Shown here: positions 10,767 to 20,418 of the stretch, piece after piece
Layout: every line of letters starts with the position of its first letter
Numbering within the stretch: position 1 is the first letter of the stretch
NCBI GenBank assembly: GCA_965652205.1
Contig: CBFGUI010000003.1
Coordinates: 12,589-76,588, forward strand
Length of the DNA stretch: 64,000 bases
Origin: an uncultured Flavobacteriaceae bacterium
Lineage (GTDB): Bacteria > Bacteroidota > Bacteroidia > Flavobacteriales > Flavobacteriaceae
Direction of reading: 5' to 3'
The notes under the pieces: model-generated
Seen by the model: only the letters and a program-made list of their open reading frames with translations
Database searches by the model: none
What the model was told of the DNA's origin: nothing
Program-made: the position numbers and the translations under genes

Positions 10767-10781
10767 TGGTATGCCTTTTGT
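10767..10781 (+). promoter_or_regulatory. Putative sigma54-type -24/-12 promoter of hsp20
   Basis: TGGTATG-CCTT-TTGT versus consensus TGGCACG-N4-TTGC, with exact GG-N10-G spacing, 42 bp upstream of the ATG. Confidence 0.5.
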
Positions 10782-10823
10782 CTTTCTAGGGTAAATCGAA
10801 AGTTTAACCAAAATTATTTCAAC

Positions 10824-11249
10824 ATGAGCATAGTGGATAGAAACAATTTATTTTTTCCGACCCTCCTAAACGATTTTATGGGCCCTGATTGGCTGGGCGG
10901 TTCCCAAAGACCGCAGTTTTCCGTTCCGAAGGTCAACATCAAGGACAACGTGGAAGGTTTTGAACTGGAACTGGCGGTTCCAGGGATGAAAAAGGAAGAT
11001 TTCACCGTTGAGGTCGATAAGGATGTATTGACCATATCGAGTGAGAGCAAGACCGAATCCAAGGAAAAAAAGGACAATTACACCCGTAGGGAATTTGTAC
11101 ATAGTTCCTTTAAAAGGGCCTTTACCCTTCCCGATTCGGTGGATGGATCCAAGATCGACGCCAAGTATGAGGATGGAATCCTAAAATTGGTGCTGCCCAA
11201 AAAGCAGGAAGCCTTGCCAAAGCCCAAGCGATTGATCTCCATAGGCTAA
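10824..11249 (+). CDS. Hsp20/alpha-crystallin small heat-shock protein
   Basis: PKVNIK, ELAVPG, FKRAFTLP and IDAKYEDGILKLVLPK motifs. Confidence 0.96.
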   Translation: MSIVDRNNLFFPTLLNDFMGPDWLGGSQRPQFSVPKVNIKDNVEGFELELAVPGMKKEDFTVEVDKDVLTISSESKTESKEKKDNYTRREFVHSSFKRAFTLPDSVDGSKIDAKYEDGILKLVLPKKQEALPKPKRLISIG

Positions 11250-11307
11250 GCAAGAGCATATAACGAGCTCCAACCAGGTGTTTGAAGATGTTTGTAATGG
11301 TTGGTCG

Positions 11308-11344
11308 GCGGGCCCCGAATCTATGTATTTTGGGCCCGCTTTTT
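11308..11344 (+). terminator. Intrinsic terminator between convergent hsp20 and uvrB
   Basis: GCGGGCCC-N16-GGGCCCGC perfect 8-bp stem followed by TTTTT. Confidence 0.75.
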
Positions 11345-13334
11345 ATTGGGCATTGGCCTGTAGATACTTTATTTCATCCCGCAATTTGGCGGCTTCAATA
11401 AAGTTGAGGTCCCTGGCCGCCTTTTCCATATCCCTTCGTTTGTCCCGGATCATACGCTCCCGTTGCTCCTGGGTCAGGTAATCCAGATCGGGTTCCTTGG
11501 CCCGATGTTCCTCCTTGATGAAGTGGTAGGTGGACACGGAGTTCTTGGCCAGGGCGTTGTCAAGATTCTTGTTCAGGGCCTTGGGGGTGATGTTGTTCGC
11601 TTTGTTGTAGGCGATCTGCTTCTCCCTGCGGTAGTCGGTCTGGTCTATGGTCCGCTGCATGCTTTCGGTGATTTTGTCCGCATACATAATGGCCCTGCCA
11701 TCGAGGTTCCTCGCCGCCCTCCCCACGGTTTGGGTCAGCGAACGGGTACTTCTGAGGAAGCCTTCCTTGTCCGCATCCAAAATGGCGACCAGGGAAACTT
11801 CGGGCAAATCGAGACCTTCCCGGAGCAGGTTCACCCCGATCAGAACATCGAAGAGCCCCTTTCGAAGGTCCTGCATGATCTCCACCCGTTCCAGGGTATC
11901 CACATCGGAATGGATGTAGCGGCACCTGACATCGATTCTTGAAAGGTATTTGGTCAATTCCTCGGCCATTCTCTTGGTCAGGGTGGTCACCAGGGTACGC
12001 TGGTCCAATTCCACCCTTTGTCGGATCTCTTCCACCAGATCGTCGATCTGGTTGGTGCTCGGCCTGACTTCAATAAGGGGATCCAAAAGCCCGGTGGGCC
12101 GGATCAGCTGTTCCACATAGACCCCTTGGCTGAGTTCCAGTTCATAATCGGCAGGGGTGGCACTTACATGGATGACCTGGTTCTGAAGGTTTTCAAATTC
12201 CTCGAACTTCAGGGGACGGTTGTCCATGGCCGCAGGAAGACGGAAGCCGTATTCCACCAAGTTTTCCTTTCTGGAACGGTCCCCCCCGTACATGGCGTGT
12301 ACCTGGGGAATGGTCACATGGCTCTCGTCGATCACCATCAGATAATCATCGGGAAAATAATCCAACAGGCAGAAAGGCCTGCTCCCCGGTTCCCGTCCGT
12401 CGAGGTAGCGTGAATAATTTTCAATGCCGGAACAATACCCCAGCTCCCGGATCATCTCCAGATCGAAATTGGTGCGCTCCTCCAGGCGTTTGGCCTCGAG
12501 ATGCCTTCCGATTTCCTTAAAATAGGATACCTGTTTCACCAAATCGTCCTGTATGTTGCGGATGGCATTCTGCAATACATCCGGGGAGGTGACAAACATA
12601 TTGGCCGGGTAGATGTTCAGGGATTCATAGCTCTCGATCACCTTGTTGTTGAAGGGGTCCAAGGCCTCGATTTCCTCGATATCGTCCCCGAAGAAATGGA
12701 TTCGGTACGCATGGTCGGCATAGCCCGGAAACACATCCACCACATCCCCCTTGACCCTGAAATTCCCATTTTTGAAGTCCGCAGTGGTCCGGGAATACAG
12801 GCTTTGGACCAGCTGCTTGAGCAATTTTGTGCGTGCTATGCGCTGATCCCTTTGGATGGATATCACATTTTTTTTGAACTCCACCGGATTCCCAATGCCA
12901 TAGAGGCAGGAAACCGAGGCCACCACGATCACGTCCCTTCTGCCCGAAAGCAGGGAGGAGGTGGTGCTCAACCGCAGTTTTTCAATATCCTCGTTGATTG
13001 AGAGGTCCTTTTCGATATAGAGTCCCGAAGCCGGAATGTAAGCCTCGGGCTGGTAGTAGTCGTAGTAGGAGACAAAGTACTCCACGGCATTGTTTGGGAA
13101 GAACTGTTTGAACTCGGAATACAATTGGGCCGCCAAGGTCTTGTTGTGGGCCAGGACCAAAGTGGGCCGTTGTACGGCCTCCACCACATTGGCCACGGTA
13201 AAGGTCTTCCCGGAACCCGTGACCCCCAAAAGGGTCTGGTACCCGACATTGTCCTTTATGCCCCCCACCAATTGTGCAATGGCCTGGGGTTGGTCCCCGG
13301 TGGGGCCGAATTCTGATACGATCTGAAATCCCAT
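11343..13334 (-). CDS. uvrB: Excinuclease ABC subunit B
   Basis: PTGDQPQAI, LGVTGSGKT, YYDYYQPEAY beta-hairpin, DESH, C-terminal UVR coiled coil. Start placed at ATG 13334. Confidence 0.98.
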   Translation of the reverse strand: MGFQIVSEFGPTGDQPQAIAQLVGGIKDNVGYQTLLGVTGSGKTFTVANVVEAVQRPTLVLAHNKTLAAQLYSEFKQFFPNNAVEYFVSYYDYYQPEAYIPASGLYIEKDLSINEDIEKLRLSTTSSLLSGRRDVIVVASVSCLYGIGNPVEFKKNVISIQRDQRIARTKLLKQLVQSLYSRTTADFKNGNFRVKGDVVDVFPGYADHAYRIHFFGDDIEEIEALDPFNNKVIESYESLNIYPANMFVTSPDVLQNAIRNIQDDLVKQVSYFKEIGRHLEAKRLEERTNFDLEMIRELGYCSGIENYSRYLDGREPGSRPFCLLDYFPDDYLMVIDESHVTIPQVHAMYGGDRSRKENLVEYGFRLPAAMDNRPLKFEEFENLQNQVIHVSATPADYELELSQGVYVEQLIRPTGLLDPLIEVRPSTNQIDDLVEEIRQRVELDQRTLVTTLTKRMAEELTKYLSRIDVRCRYIHSDVDTLERVEIMQDLRKGLFDVLIGVNLLREGLDLPEVSLVAILDADKEGFLRSTRSLTQTVGRAARNLDGRAIMYADKITESMQRTIDQTDYRREKQIAYNKANNITPKALNKNLDNALAKNSVSTYHFIKEEHRAKEPDLDYLTQEQRERMIRDKRRDMEKAARDLNFIEAAKLRDEIKYLQANAQ

Positions 13335-13420
13335 CCCGTAAAAATAACAAAGGCCTTTACCAAATGGAAACAAAACCCCAAAGTTTAACCCATTTTTTGG
13401 AGCTAAGCCCCACAAGGCCC

Positions 13421-14254
13421 CTAAAGGTCCCGTTTTTTCAAAAGGGCATGGGAAAGATAGATAAAGACAAAGGTCCAGGCCAGGACAATGAGAAACTCAT
13501 ACCAGTATACATGGTAATCGAACTTCATCTCCTCCCCGATCTGTTTTCCGATGTTCTGCACAGCGGAAAGCCTGGTAAAGGGCTCCTTGATTAGATTGGC
13601 CATGGATTCCAAGGGAAAGAAATCCTTGACCCTGGCTGCCATTTCCCAACTCATGAGTTTCCATCCCAAAAGCCCGAAGATGACCTGTTCCAGGATGGCC
13701 CACAGGATCAAAAAGCCCAGGGCAAAGGCGGAACGTTTTACCAACATGCCCAGAAAAAGACAGAAGGAGAAAAAGGCCATCAACTTAAAAAAGAAGGCCG
13801 GAAGGTATTCCATATCGGAAAATATGATGGACATCTCATTGAAATCGGAATAGGCAAGCCCCAAGATCAGGGAGACCAAAAAGACAAAAACTGTGGAAAT
13901 CAATGCAAGCCCCAGTACGGTCAGGACCTTGGAGAGGATGAACTCCTTCTTGGACAGGCCGTCGATCAAATTTTGTTTGATCGTCTTGTTGCTGTATTCA
14001 TTGGACATCATCGATACGATCACAATGGCCAAAAAGAGCTTGAACAATGCGGCCACATAGGTGTTGAAGTGCCAGATATAGGGGAAGTTGAAGATGCCCT
14101 GTTCGGCCAAGTGGAACTGGATGGGCCCTATATCGAATTTAATGGCCGCGATCAGTGCGATCGAGGTCAACAGCACAAAATAGGAAATGGTCAATATTTT
14201 ACTGGCCCTGTTGTTCCAGAGTTTGATGAATTCTATTTGAAGCAGACGTAGCAT
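13421..14254 (-). CDS. ABC-2 type transporter permease
   Basis: About 6 TM helices and a NEYSNKTIKQNLIDG motif; directly downstream of the ATPase gene. Confidence 0.9.
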   Translation of the reverse strand: MLRLLQIEFIKLWNNRASKILTISYFVLLTSIALIAAIKFDIGPIQFHLAEQGIFNFPYIWHFNTYVAALFKLFLAIVIVSMMSNEYSNKTIKQNLIDGLSKKEFILSKVLTVLGLALISTVFVFLVSLILGLAYSDFNEMSIIFSDMEYLPAFFFKLMAFFSFCLFLGMLVKRSAFALGFLILWAILEQVIFGLLGWKLMSWEMAARVKDFFPLESMANLIKEPFTRLSAVQNIGKQIGEEMKFDYHVYWYEFLIVLAWTFVFIYLSHALLKKRDL

Positions 14255-14266
14255 TGGCGGTATGGG

Positions 14267-15163
14267 TTAATTGTTGTTGGTAAGGGCCAAAAATTGTTCT
14301 TCCAGACTTTCCTTTCTTTTGATCAGATGGGACAGGACCAATCCCTTTTGGTACAGGAACCCATTGAGGCTCCCGGCATCCATTTCTTCCTTGAGGTAGG
14401 CCGTAATGGTGCCGCCTGAGTTTTCCACCTTCCCAAAACTGCCATGGCCCTCCAAGGTGGCCTGGAGCAGCGCCATATCCCCGCAACGCAATTCAAAAAA
14501 ACCATGGCTGGCCAACATGCCGTCCACCGGCCCGAAATACAGTTTTTCCCCTTTGCGGAGGATCACCACATGGGAGCACACCTTTTCCACTTCATCGAGC
14601 AGGTGGGAGGCCAAAAGTATGGTGGTACCCTGGGATGCAATTTTTTTGATGATCTGTCGGATCTGGTGTATCCCTTGGGGATCGAGTCCGTTGGTGGGCT
14701 CATCGAGAATCAAAATCTCCGGGTCGTTGAGTAGGGCCGAGGCGATGGCCAAACGCTGTTTCATTCCCAGGGAAAAGGTCCTGAACTTGCTGTCCTTTCG
14801 ATCCCAAAGCCCCACCAATTCCAGTTTCTCCTGGATTTTATCATAGGATACCTCCTTGATTTTGCAGACCAGTTTCAGGTTCTGCTCGGCTGACATATAG
14901 GGATAAAAATTGGGGCGTTCAATGATGGCCCCCACCTTTTTTAGCGCCTGGTGGGTGGTGGTGTTCCCGTCGAACCAGCTGAAACTGCCCCCGCTGGGAT
15001 TGACCACGTTGAGAATAATCCCCAAGGTGGTGGACTTGCCACTTCCATTGGGACCCAAAATGCCATAGACATTGCCTTTTTCAATGGAAAAGGAAAGGTC
15101 TTTGACAGCGGTGAGATATCCAAATTTTTTGGTGAGCCGATCAACGGTCAATATTGTTTCCAA
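14267..15163 (-). CDS. ABC transporter ATP-binding protein (BcrA/CcmA-like)
   Basis: GPNGSGKST Walker A, FSLGMKQR signature, LILDEPTNGLD Walker B. Start placed at TTG 15163. Confidence 0.95.
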   Translation of the reverse strand: METILTVDRLTKKFGYLTAVKDLSFSIEKGNVYGILGPNGSGKSTTLGIILNVVNPSGGSFSWFDGNTTTHQALKKVGAIIERPNFYPYMSAEQNLKLVCKIKEVSYDKIQEKLELVGLWDRKDSKFRTFSLGMKQRLAIASALLNDPEILILDEPTNGLDPQGIHQIRQIIKKIASQGTTILLASHLLDEVEKVCSHVVILRKGEKLYFGPVDGMLASHGFFELRCGDMALLQATLEGHGSFGKVENSGGTITAYLKEEMDAGSLNGFLYQKGLVLSHLIKRKESLEEQFLALTNNN

Positions 15164-15239
15164 GGATCTATCGTTTTCTGATGGGTTTGCAGTAACTTGA
15201 CGACAATTGAGTAAAATTGTTACAAAATTGTCCGTACCA

Positions 15240-16310
15240 ATGTCCGAAGAAAAGTTGATGTCCAAGAAAAAACCCGCTTTTCCGGTCCAAAAAAAGTTGG
15301 ATGCCTACCTGCACAGGTACAATCGGAAAATCGAGATTCCCATATTCTATGAGGATCTGCTCCGCTTTACGGGCTCGGTGATCGTATACGATTCCCATGA
15401 CAAGGACAGCCTATGGGTCCGTGTGTTCTATACGGACTTTGATCGAAGGGAGATTGACCTGAGCCTCAAGCAGGTCTATTCGGTCCTGCATTCCGATGGG
15501 ACGGACCGCATCCACGATTTCCTCAGCATCGATGCGGTGGATTATTGCACCTTTGGAAATTCCAAGCCCTTTCGGATCAAGGTGAGGAACATCCTGAACG
15601 ACAACTTCACCTATTTTTATGTCAAGAGGACCGATGCCTCCAGGATTTACGGTTTGGAACTGGAACACATCCTTTCCCCCTACAGTCTGAACTTTCTGGT
15701 CTATGGGGGTACCCTGATCGAGGAGCATATTGCAGGGATTCCCGGGGATGTGTTCATCGACGAACAATTGCCGCATTGCTCCGAATCCGAAAAATCCCAA
15801 CTGGCCAAGGAATTTGTCAAATTCAACGAACGTTGCATGATCCGGCTCTTGGGCGATATGCGCTCCTACAACTATGTCATCGTGCCGGTACACGATTTCG
15901 ATCATGTGGTCTATAAGATCAGGGCCATTGATTTTGACCAGCAGTCCTTTGAGGGAAAATTGAAGGTATACCGCCCTCAGTTTTTCAAGGAGAACTTCAA
16001 AATGGTGGAACTGGTCCGCAACAAATTGCAAAAGGGCTCCGTGGACCAATACAAGATCGAGGAACGATCCATGATGGCCAAGAGGATCATCAGTTCCGAG
16101 AGCCGTATCGAACGCCTGCTCGCCGCCGTGAAAACCGACCCCATTTCCTTGCAGGAAAACATTGATAGATTGAAAATGGAAATCTATGACCTGACCAACG
16201 ATATGGGGTTCAAGAAAAGTAGCAGCATGGGTGAAATCCTGGCCCTGGCCTTGGATTTTGTGCGTCGGAACTATGAAAATGTCAGCATGAACGAGCTGTT
16301 CAACAAATAG
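15240..16310 (+). CDS. Conserved hypothetical protein with atypical (PI3K/PI4K/HipA-like) kinase motifs
   Basis: GNSKP, FYVK, RIYGLELE, LIEEHIAG, LLGDMRSYN and AIDFD in canonical kinase order. The ORF itself is well supported; the function is inferred. Confidence 0.8.
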   Translation: MSEEKLMSKKKPAFPVQKKLDAYLHRYNRKIEIPIFYEDLLRFTGSVIVYDSHDKDSLWVRVFYTDFDRREIDLSLKQVYSVLHSDGTDRIHDFLSIDAVDYCTFGNSKPFRIKVRNILNDNFTYFYVKRTDASRIYGLELEHILSPYSLNFLVYGGTLIEEHIAGIPGDVFIDEQLPHCSESEKSQLAKEFVKFNERCMIRLLGDMRSYNYVIVPVHDFDHVVYKIRAIDFDQQSFEGKLKVYRPQFFKENFKMVELVRNKLQKGSVDQYKIEERSMMAKRIISSESRIERLLAAVKTDPISLQENIDRLKMEIYDLTNDMGFKKSSSMGEILALALDFVRRNYENVSMNELFNK

Positions 16311-16312
16311 GC

Positions 16313-17371
16313 TCAGGCCTTTTGTTCCTTGTTGAAATACACCAGATAATAGTACATCTGCCGTTCCTCGTCCCAGCCTTTTTCCACAAACTTTTCAGCG
16401 GATTCCGGATTGATGAAATCCAATTTGATCTGGATGTTGGTATCCAGGTTGATGACGTTTTTTATCTTTCTTCTGGCCTCTGAGACCGCCTTGTTGGCAA
16501 TATCGAAATTGGAGACATCCTCAATGCTGTACTTGGGGCCCTTTTCCACCTTATAGTGTTTGAACTCCGGGATCAATTCGGGGTTTTCGATGACCTCGTT
16601 CAAAAAAGCGGTCTCCTCAAAGGCATCGTTCTTGGCAAAATGGTTGACGGCCCGGTTCATGAACAGGACCTCCTGCTGCTTGTCCTCGGCCGGAAGGACC
16701 ACGTCCTTGGCAAAGTTTTGACAGAACTTAAGATAGTTCTTGGTGTAATAAGTACCATCGGTCAAGGGGGCCAGGCCCAAAAAGTCCTCCAACCAATACT
16801 TGGCATCATAGCGGTTGCTGTCCACCGATAGTGCCTTGAAGCCCGTTTCCCGATCCTCATTGAGGATCAGGCAGCCCTTGTCCAACTTATTGATGTTGAT
16901 CCCCTGTTGGACCAAGATCTCCAAATTGCTTCCCTGTTCTTGGAACTGTAGGAAATCGTGTTTCAGCTCACTTTTGAATATGCCCACGGCATCCACCTTT
17001 TTATTGTCCGATGTCACATCTGAAAAATGCACCACATAGACCTCCCCGTTTTTGATATGGGGATGGTTGGACTGTTCAAAGAGGTGGGCGGCGATCTTCT
17101 TTGAGATTTCATGGCCGTTCGAGGGACTGTCAAAAAGTTCGCATACCAGGCCATGGACCGTGTTGAATTCCAGATCGACCTCATTGGAAAAGCAGAAATA
17201 ATTTTCTTCCTTTTCCCTGAAGGGCTTAAAAAAATACTCCTTCAAGAGCCCAGCGGTCTCATCGTTGGGGGAGAAGGGGGCATCGGAGAAAAAGGAGGGC
17301 TCGTTTCTACTTTTGTTGCCAACCCTGTGAAGGGAAATACTCTCGATCTGTGCGGCATATAGGTTCAGCAT
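16313..17371 (-). CDS. Nucleoid-associated protein (YejK/NdpA-like)
   Basis: SLHRVGNK N-terminus, HLFEQSNHPHIKNGE, GIFKSE and LDKGCLI motifs typical of Bacteroidota nucleoid-associated proteins. Confidence 0.85.
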   Translation of the reverse strand: MLNLYAAQIESISLHRVGNKSRNEPSFFSDAPFSPNDETAGLLKEYFFKPFREKEENYFCFSNEVDLEFNTVHGLVCELFDSPSNGHEISKKIAAHLFEQSNHPHIKNGEVYVVHFSDVTSDNKKVDAVGIFKSELKHDFLQFQEQGSNLEILVQQGININKLDKGCLILNEDRETGFKALSVDSNRYDAKYWLEDFLGLAPLTDGTYYTKNYLKFCQNFAKDVVLPAEDKQQEVLFMNRAVNHFAKNDAFEETAFLNEVIENPELIPEFKHYKVEKGPKYSIEDVSNFDIANKAVSEARRKIKNVINLDTNIQIKLDFINPESAEKFVEKGWDEERQMYYYLVYFNKEQKA

Positions 17372-17438
17372 AGTACTATGGGAAATGGGAAGTTATGAAT
17401 TGGGTTATTGATTTTTTGAACCTCAGTGGAACCTTGGG

Positions 17439-17933
17439 TCAGTTCCAGTTTTCATCAAAGTCCATATCGTCGTAGTTGTCCAACAGCTCGTCGATATCGA
17501 CCTCCGGTTCGGCCTCGAATTTTTTCTCGGGAGGGGAATCGGGCAGTTCCCCAAAACTGAACAAAAGGTTCGGATAGACCCGTCCATCGTCCTTTTCAAC
17601 GATATCGGCCAATTCCACAAAAAAGGTCCACATGCTGAAAAAATCATAGACGTAGATCAATTTCGGGCTTTCCTCGGACAAAACGTCATCCAAGGAGGTC
17701 TCGTTCATCAGGCGGATCTCCGAGCCATTTTCACTCAGGTCGAACAGGGCGATCTCCTCATCTTGGTTCCACTGCTCGTCACAGGTATAAAAGGAAGCCA
17801 TTTCCGCGCCCCCAAAACCGAAGGCCTGGGTTATGGCATTGTGAAAATCCTCCAAGGTATTGTCATCCTCGATTTCAATATCCCTGAATATGTCCTCCTC
17901 GGCATCAAGTATGATCCTGATCTTATAAATCAT
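17439..17933 (-). CDS. pRiA4b ORF-3 / 'IS1096 passenger TnpR'-family protein (MM3350-like fold)
   Basis: YKIRIIL...RDIEI...TLEDFHNAI..AF and YVYDFFSMWTFFVEL pattern; acidic tail. Confidence 0.8.
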   Translation of the reverse strand: MIYKIRIILDAEEDIFRDIEIEDDNTLEDFHNAITQAFGFGGAEMASFYTCDEQWNQDEEIALFDLSENGSEIRLMNETSLDDVLSEESPKLIYVYDFFSMWTFFVELADIVEKDDGRVYPNLLFSFGELPDSPPEKKFEAEPEVDIDELLDNYDDMDFDENWN

Positions 17934-17976
17934 CCGAAATTTTTTAACTCGGGCACAAAGTTACGACAAAAGCACC

Positions 17977-18990
17977 TCATTTGGTAAACCGATGCAGGCT
18001 AAAGGTCATGGCCGCCAAGAGGAAAAAGGCCCCGATCTGGTGGGCTACCCCCAACCAAATGGGGACGGCGTACACCAGGGTGAACACCCCCAATAAAAAC
18101 TGGAGGAAGACCAGGATGACCAGGCTTTTCAATCCCTGATCCTGTAATGGGGTAAGCGGAAATCTCCGCGATTTGACCCATAGCCAAAGGATATAACCCA
18201 CCACGATATAGGCCAGGTAGCGATGTACGAACTGTACCCCGCTGCGGCCCTCATAAAAATTCTTGATCAGGGGCTGTTGTTCGAGGTACACCGTGGGGTG
18301 CATCAGTTTTCCCTCGCTCATCATGGGCCAGTGGTTGTGGATGTGCCCGGAATCCAGACCGGCCACAAAGGCGCCCCAGATGATCTGGACCAATAGGATG
18401 GCCATGCCCACGCGGACCAGGTTCCTCATTTTTTTATGGGCTTCCTTTTTTTGGGGATAGATAAGATCCAGGGCGACCCAGAGGCTATAGGCAAAGGTGA
18501 CAAAGGCCGTCACCAAATGGGCCGCGAGCCTGTAATGGGACACATCCGGACGGTCCACCAGACCGCTCTTTACCATATACCAGCCCAGAAATCCCTGGAA
18601 GGCTCCCAAAAACAACAGGATCAAACTCTTCCCCAAGGTGGCCCGGTCCAATTTTTTCTTGATCAAAAAATAGAGGAAGGGGATGATGAACACCAAGCCC
18701 AGAAGTCTGCCCAAAAGCCTGTGGAGCCATTCCCAAAAATAGATCTCCTTGAAGTCCTCCAGGCCAAAATGATTGTTGAGCAACTGGTATTCGGGATACT
18801 GTTTGTACAGTTCAAAGGCCTCCTCCCATTGTTCATGGTTCATGGGGGGAAGGGTGCCTGTGATCAATTTGTAATCGGAGATCGAAAGCCCGGAATTGGT
18901 GAGCCGGGTGATCCCGCCCACGAGGACCATGACAAAGATGAGAAAGCAACCACACAACAACCAATAGACCACAGCCTTGTTCTTTTTCAT
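17977..18990 (-). CDS. ctaA: Heme A synthase (COX15/CtaA)
   Basis: GGITRLTNSGLSI, EWLHR, GWYMVKSG, YRLAAH, QFVHR and AHQ His motifs. Confidence 0.95.
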   Translation of the reverse strand: MKKNKAVVYWLLCGCFLIFVMVLVGGITRLTNSGLSISDYKLITGTLPPMNHEQWEEAFELYKQYPEYQLLNNHFGLEDFKEIYFWEWLHRLLGRLLGLVFIIPFLYFLIKKKLDRATLGKSLILLFLGAFQGFLGWYMVKSGLVDRPDVSHYRLAAHLVTAFVTFAYSLWVALDLIYPQKKEAHKKMRNLVRVGMAILLVQIIWGAFVAGLDSGHIHNHWPMMSEGKLMHPTVYLEQQPLIKNFYEGRSGVQFVHRYLAYIVVGYILWLWVKSRRFPLTPLQDQGLKSLVILVFLQFLLGVFTLVYAVPIWLGVAHQIGAFFLLAAMTFSLHRFTK

Positions 18991-20417
18991 TTTAAAGATG
19001 TTTTAAGGTTCATTTCCTTGCCTTTTTCCAACATGAATTTATGGGCCGCCCCGTGTTCGTTGGGGATTTCCCCATCCAGGATCGCTTCTTTGATGGCCTC
19101 CTTGATAATTCCGATTTCCTTGGAGGGCTTTAGATTGAAGGCCTCCATGATTTCCTCCCCGGAGACCGGGGGTTGAAAATTCCGTATATGGTCCCGTTGT
19201 TCGACTTCCACTATTTTTTGGCGTACCAATTGGAAGTTGTTTTTGTACCTCCTTTGCTTTCTTGGATTCTTGGTGGTGATATCCGCCTCACAGAGGGTCA
19301 TCAGATCGTCCACATGATCCCCGGCATCAAAGACGAGCCTCCGCACTGCCGAGTCGGTCACATGCTCCTCAGAAAGACTGATGGGCCTGGAGCTCATCAT
19401 CACCATTTTTTGGACAAACGCCATTTTTTCATTCAAGGGCATTTTTAACCTTTTGAACAGTTTGGGGACCATTTTGGAACCCACATACTCATGGCCGTGG
19501 AAGGTCCATCCGATCTTTTTGTCGAACCTTTTGGTCGGGGCCTTGCCGATGTCGTGCAACAGGGCGGCCCATCGCAACCAAAGGTTGTCCGTGGTGGTGG
19601 CTATATTGTCCACTACCTCCAGGGTGTGCCAAAAGTTGTCCTTATGGCTTTGACCTTCCTTTTCTTCAATACCTTCAAGGGCGATGAGTTCGGGGAGAAT
19701 CATGTGCAGCAAGCCGGTTTGGTGCATCAATTTAAAACCGATGGAGGGTTTTGGGGCCATCAATATTTTATGGAGTTCGTCCACGATGCGTTCCCGGGAA
19801 ACGATCTTTAGACGATCGCCCATTTCGGTGATCGCCCGTAACGACCCCAATTCGATTTCGAAGCCCAATTGGGTGGCAAAACGAACGGCTCGCATCATGC
19901 GTAAGGGGTCGTCGGAATAGGTGATTCCCGGCTCCAGGGGGGTGCGAAGGATTTTATCTTCCAAATCGGTCAGGCCCCCAAAGGGGTCCAACAGCAAGCC
20001 AAAGTTTTCTTTGTTCAGGGACAGGGCCATGGCATTGATGGTGAAGTCCCTTCTGTTTTGGTCGTCCTCCAGGGTTCCGTCCTCCACTATGGGTTTTCTG
20101 CTGTCCCGTTGGTAACTTTCCTTTCGGGCGCCCACAAATTCCAATTCCAGGTCTCCGTGCTTGATCATGGCCGTACCGAAGTTCTTGAACACGGAAACCT
20201 CGGGTTTTCCCTTGAGGGTGGAAGCCACCTTTTTGGCCAATTGGATGCCACTGCCCAAGACCACCACATCGATGTCCTTGGACTTCTTTCCCTTGAGAAA
20301 GTAATCCCTCACGTAACCGCCGATCACATAGGAATCCACGCCAAGCCCATCCGATGCCGCTCCGATAGTTTCAAAAATGGGATGCCCAAGGGCCTCTTTG
20401 TGGAATACCTCCTTCAT
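18987..20417 (-). CDS. cca: CCA tRNA nucleotidyltransferase with HD domain
   Basis: GGYVRD, DID, RRDFTIN, DDPLRMMR, LLHDIGK. Confidence 0.93.
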   Translation of the reverse strand: MKEVFHKEALGHPIFETIGAASDGLGVDSYVIGGYVRDYFLKGKKSKDIDVVVLGSGIQLAKKVASTLKGKPEVSVFKNFGTAMIKHGDLELEFVGARKESYQRDSRKPIVEDGTLEDDQNRRDFTINAMALSLNKENFGLLLDPFGGLTDLEDKILRTPLEPGITYSDDPLRMMRAVRFATQLGFEIELGSLRAITEMGDRLKIVSRERIVDELHKILMAPKPSIGFKLMHQTGLLHMILPELIALEGIEEKEGQSHKDNFWHTLEVVDNIATTTDNLWLRWAALLHDIGKAPTKRFDKKIGWTFHGHEYVGSKMVPKLFKRLKMPLNEKMAFVQKMVMMSSRPISLSEEHVTDSAVRRLVFDAGDHVDDLMTLCEADITTKNPRKQRRYKNNFQLVRQKIVEVEQRDHIRNFQPPVSGEEIMEAFNLKPSKEIGIIKEAIKEAILDGEIPNEHGAAHKFMLEKGKEMNLKTSLK

Positions 20418-20418
20418 T

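Noticed and set aside
17439-17933. Second mobile element suggested by the 'IS1096 passenger / plasmid pRiA4b ORF-3' family name
   Set aside because: No transposase, terminal repeats or GC shift; the gene is embedded in a housekeeping run.
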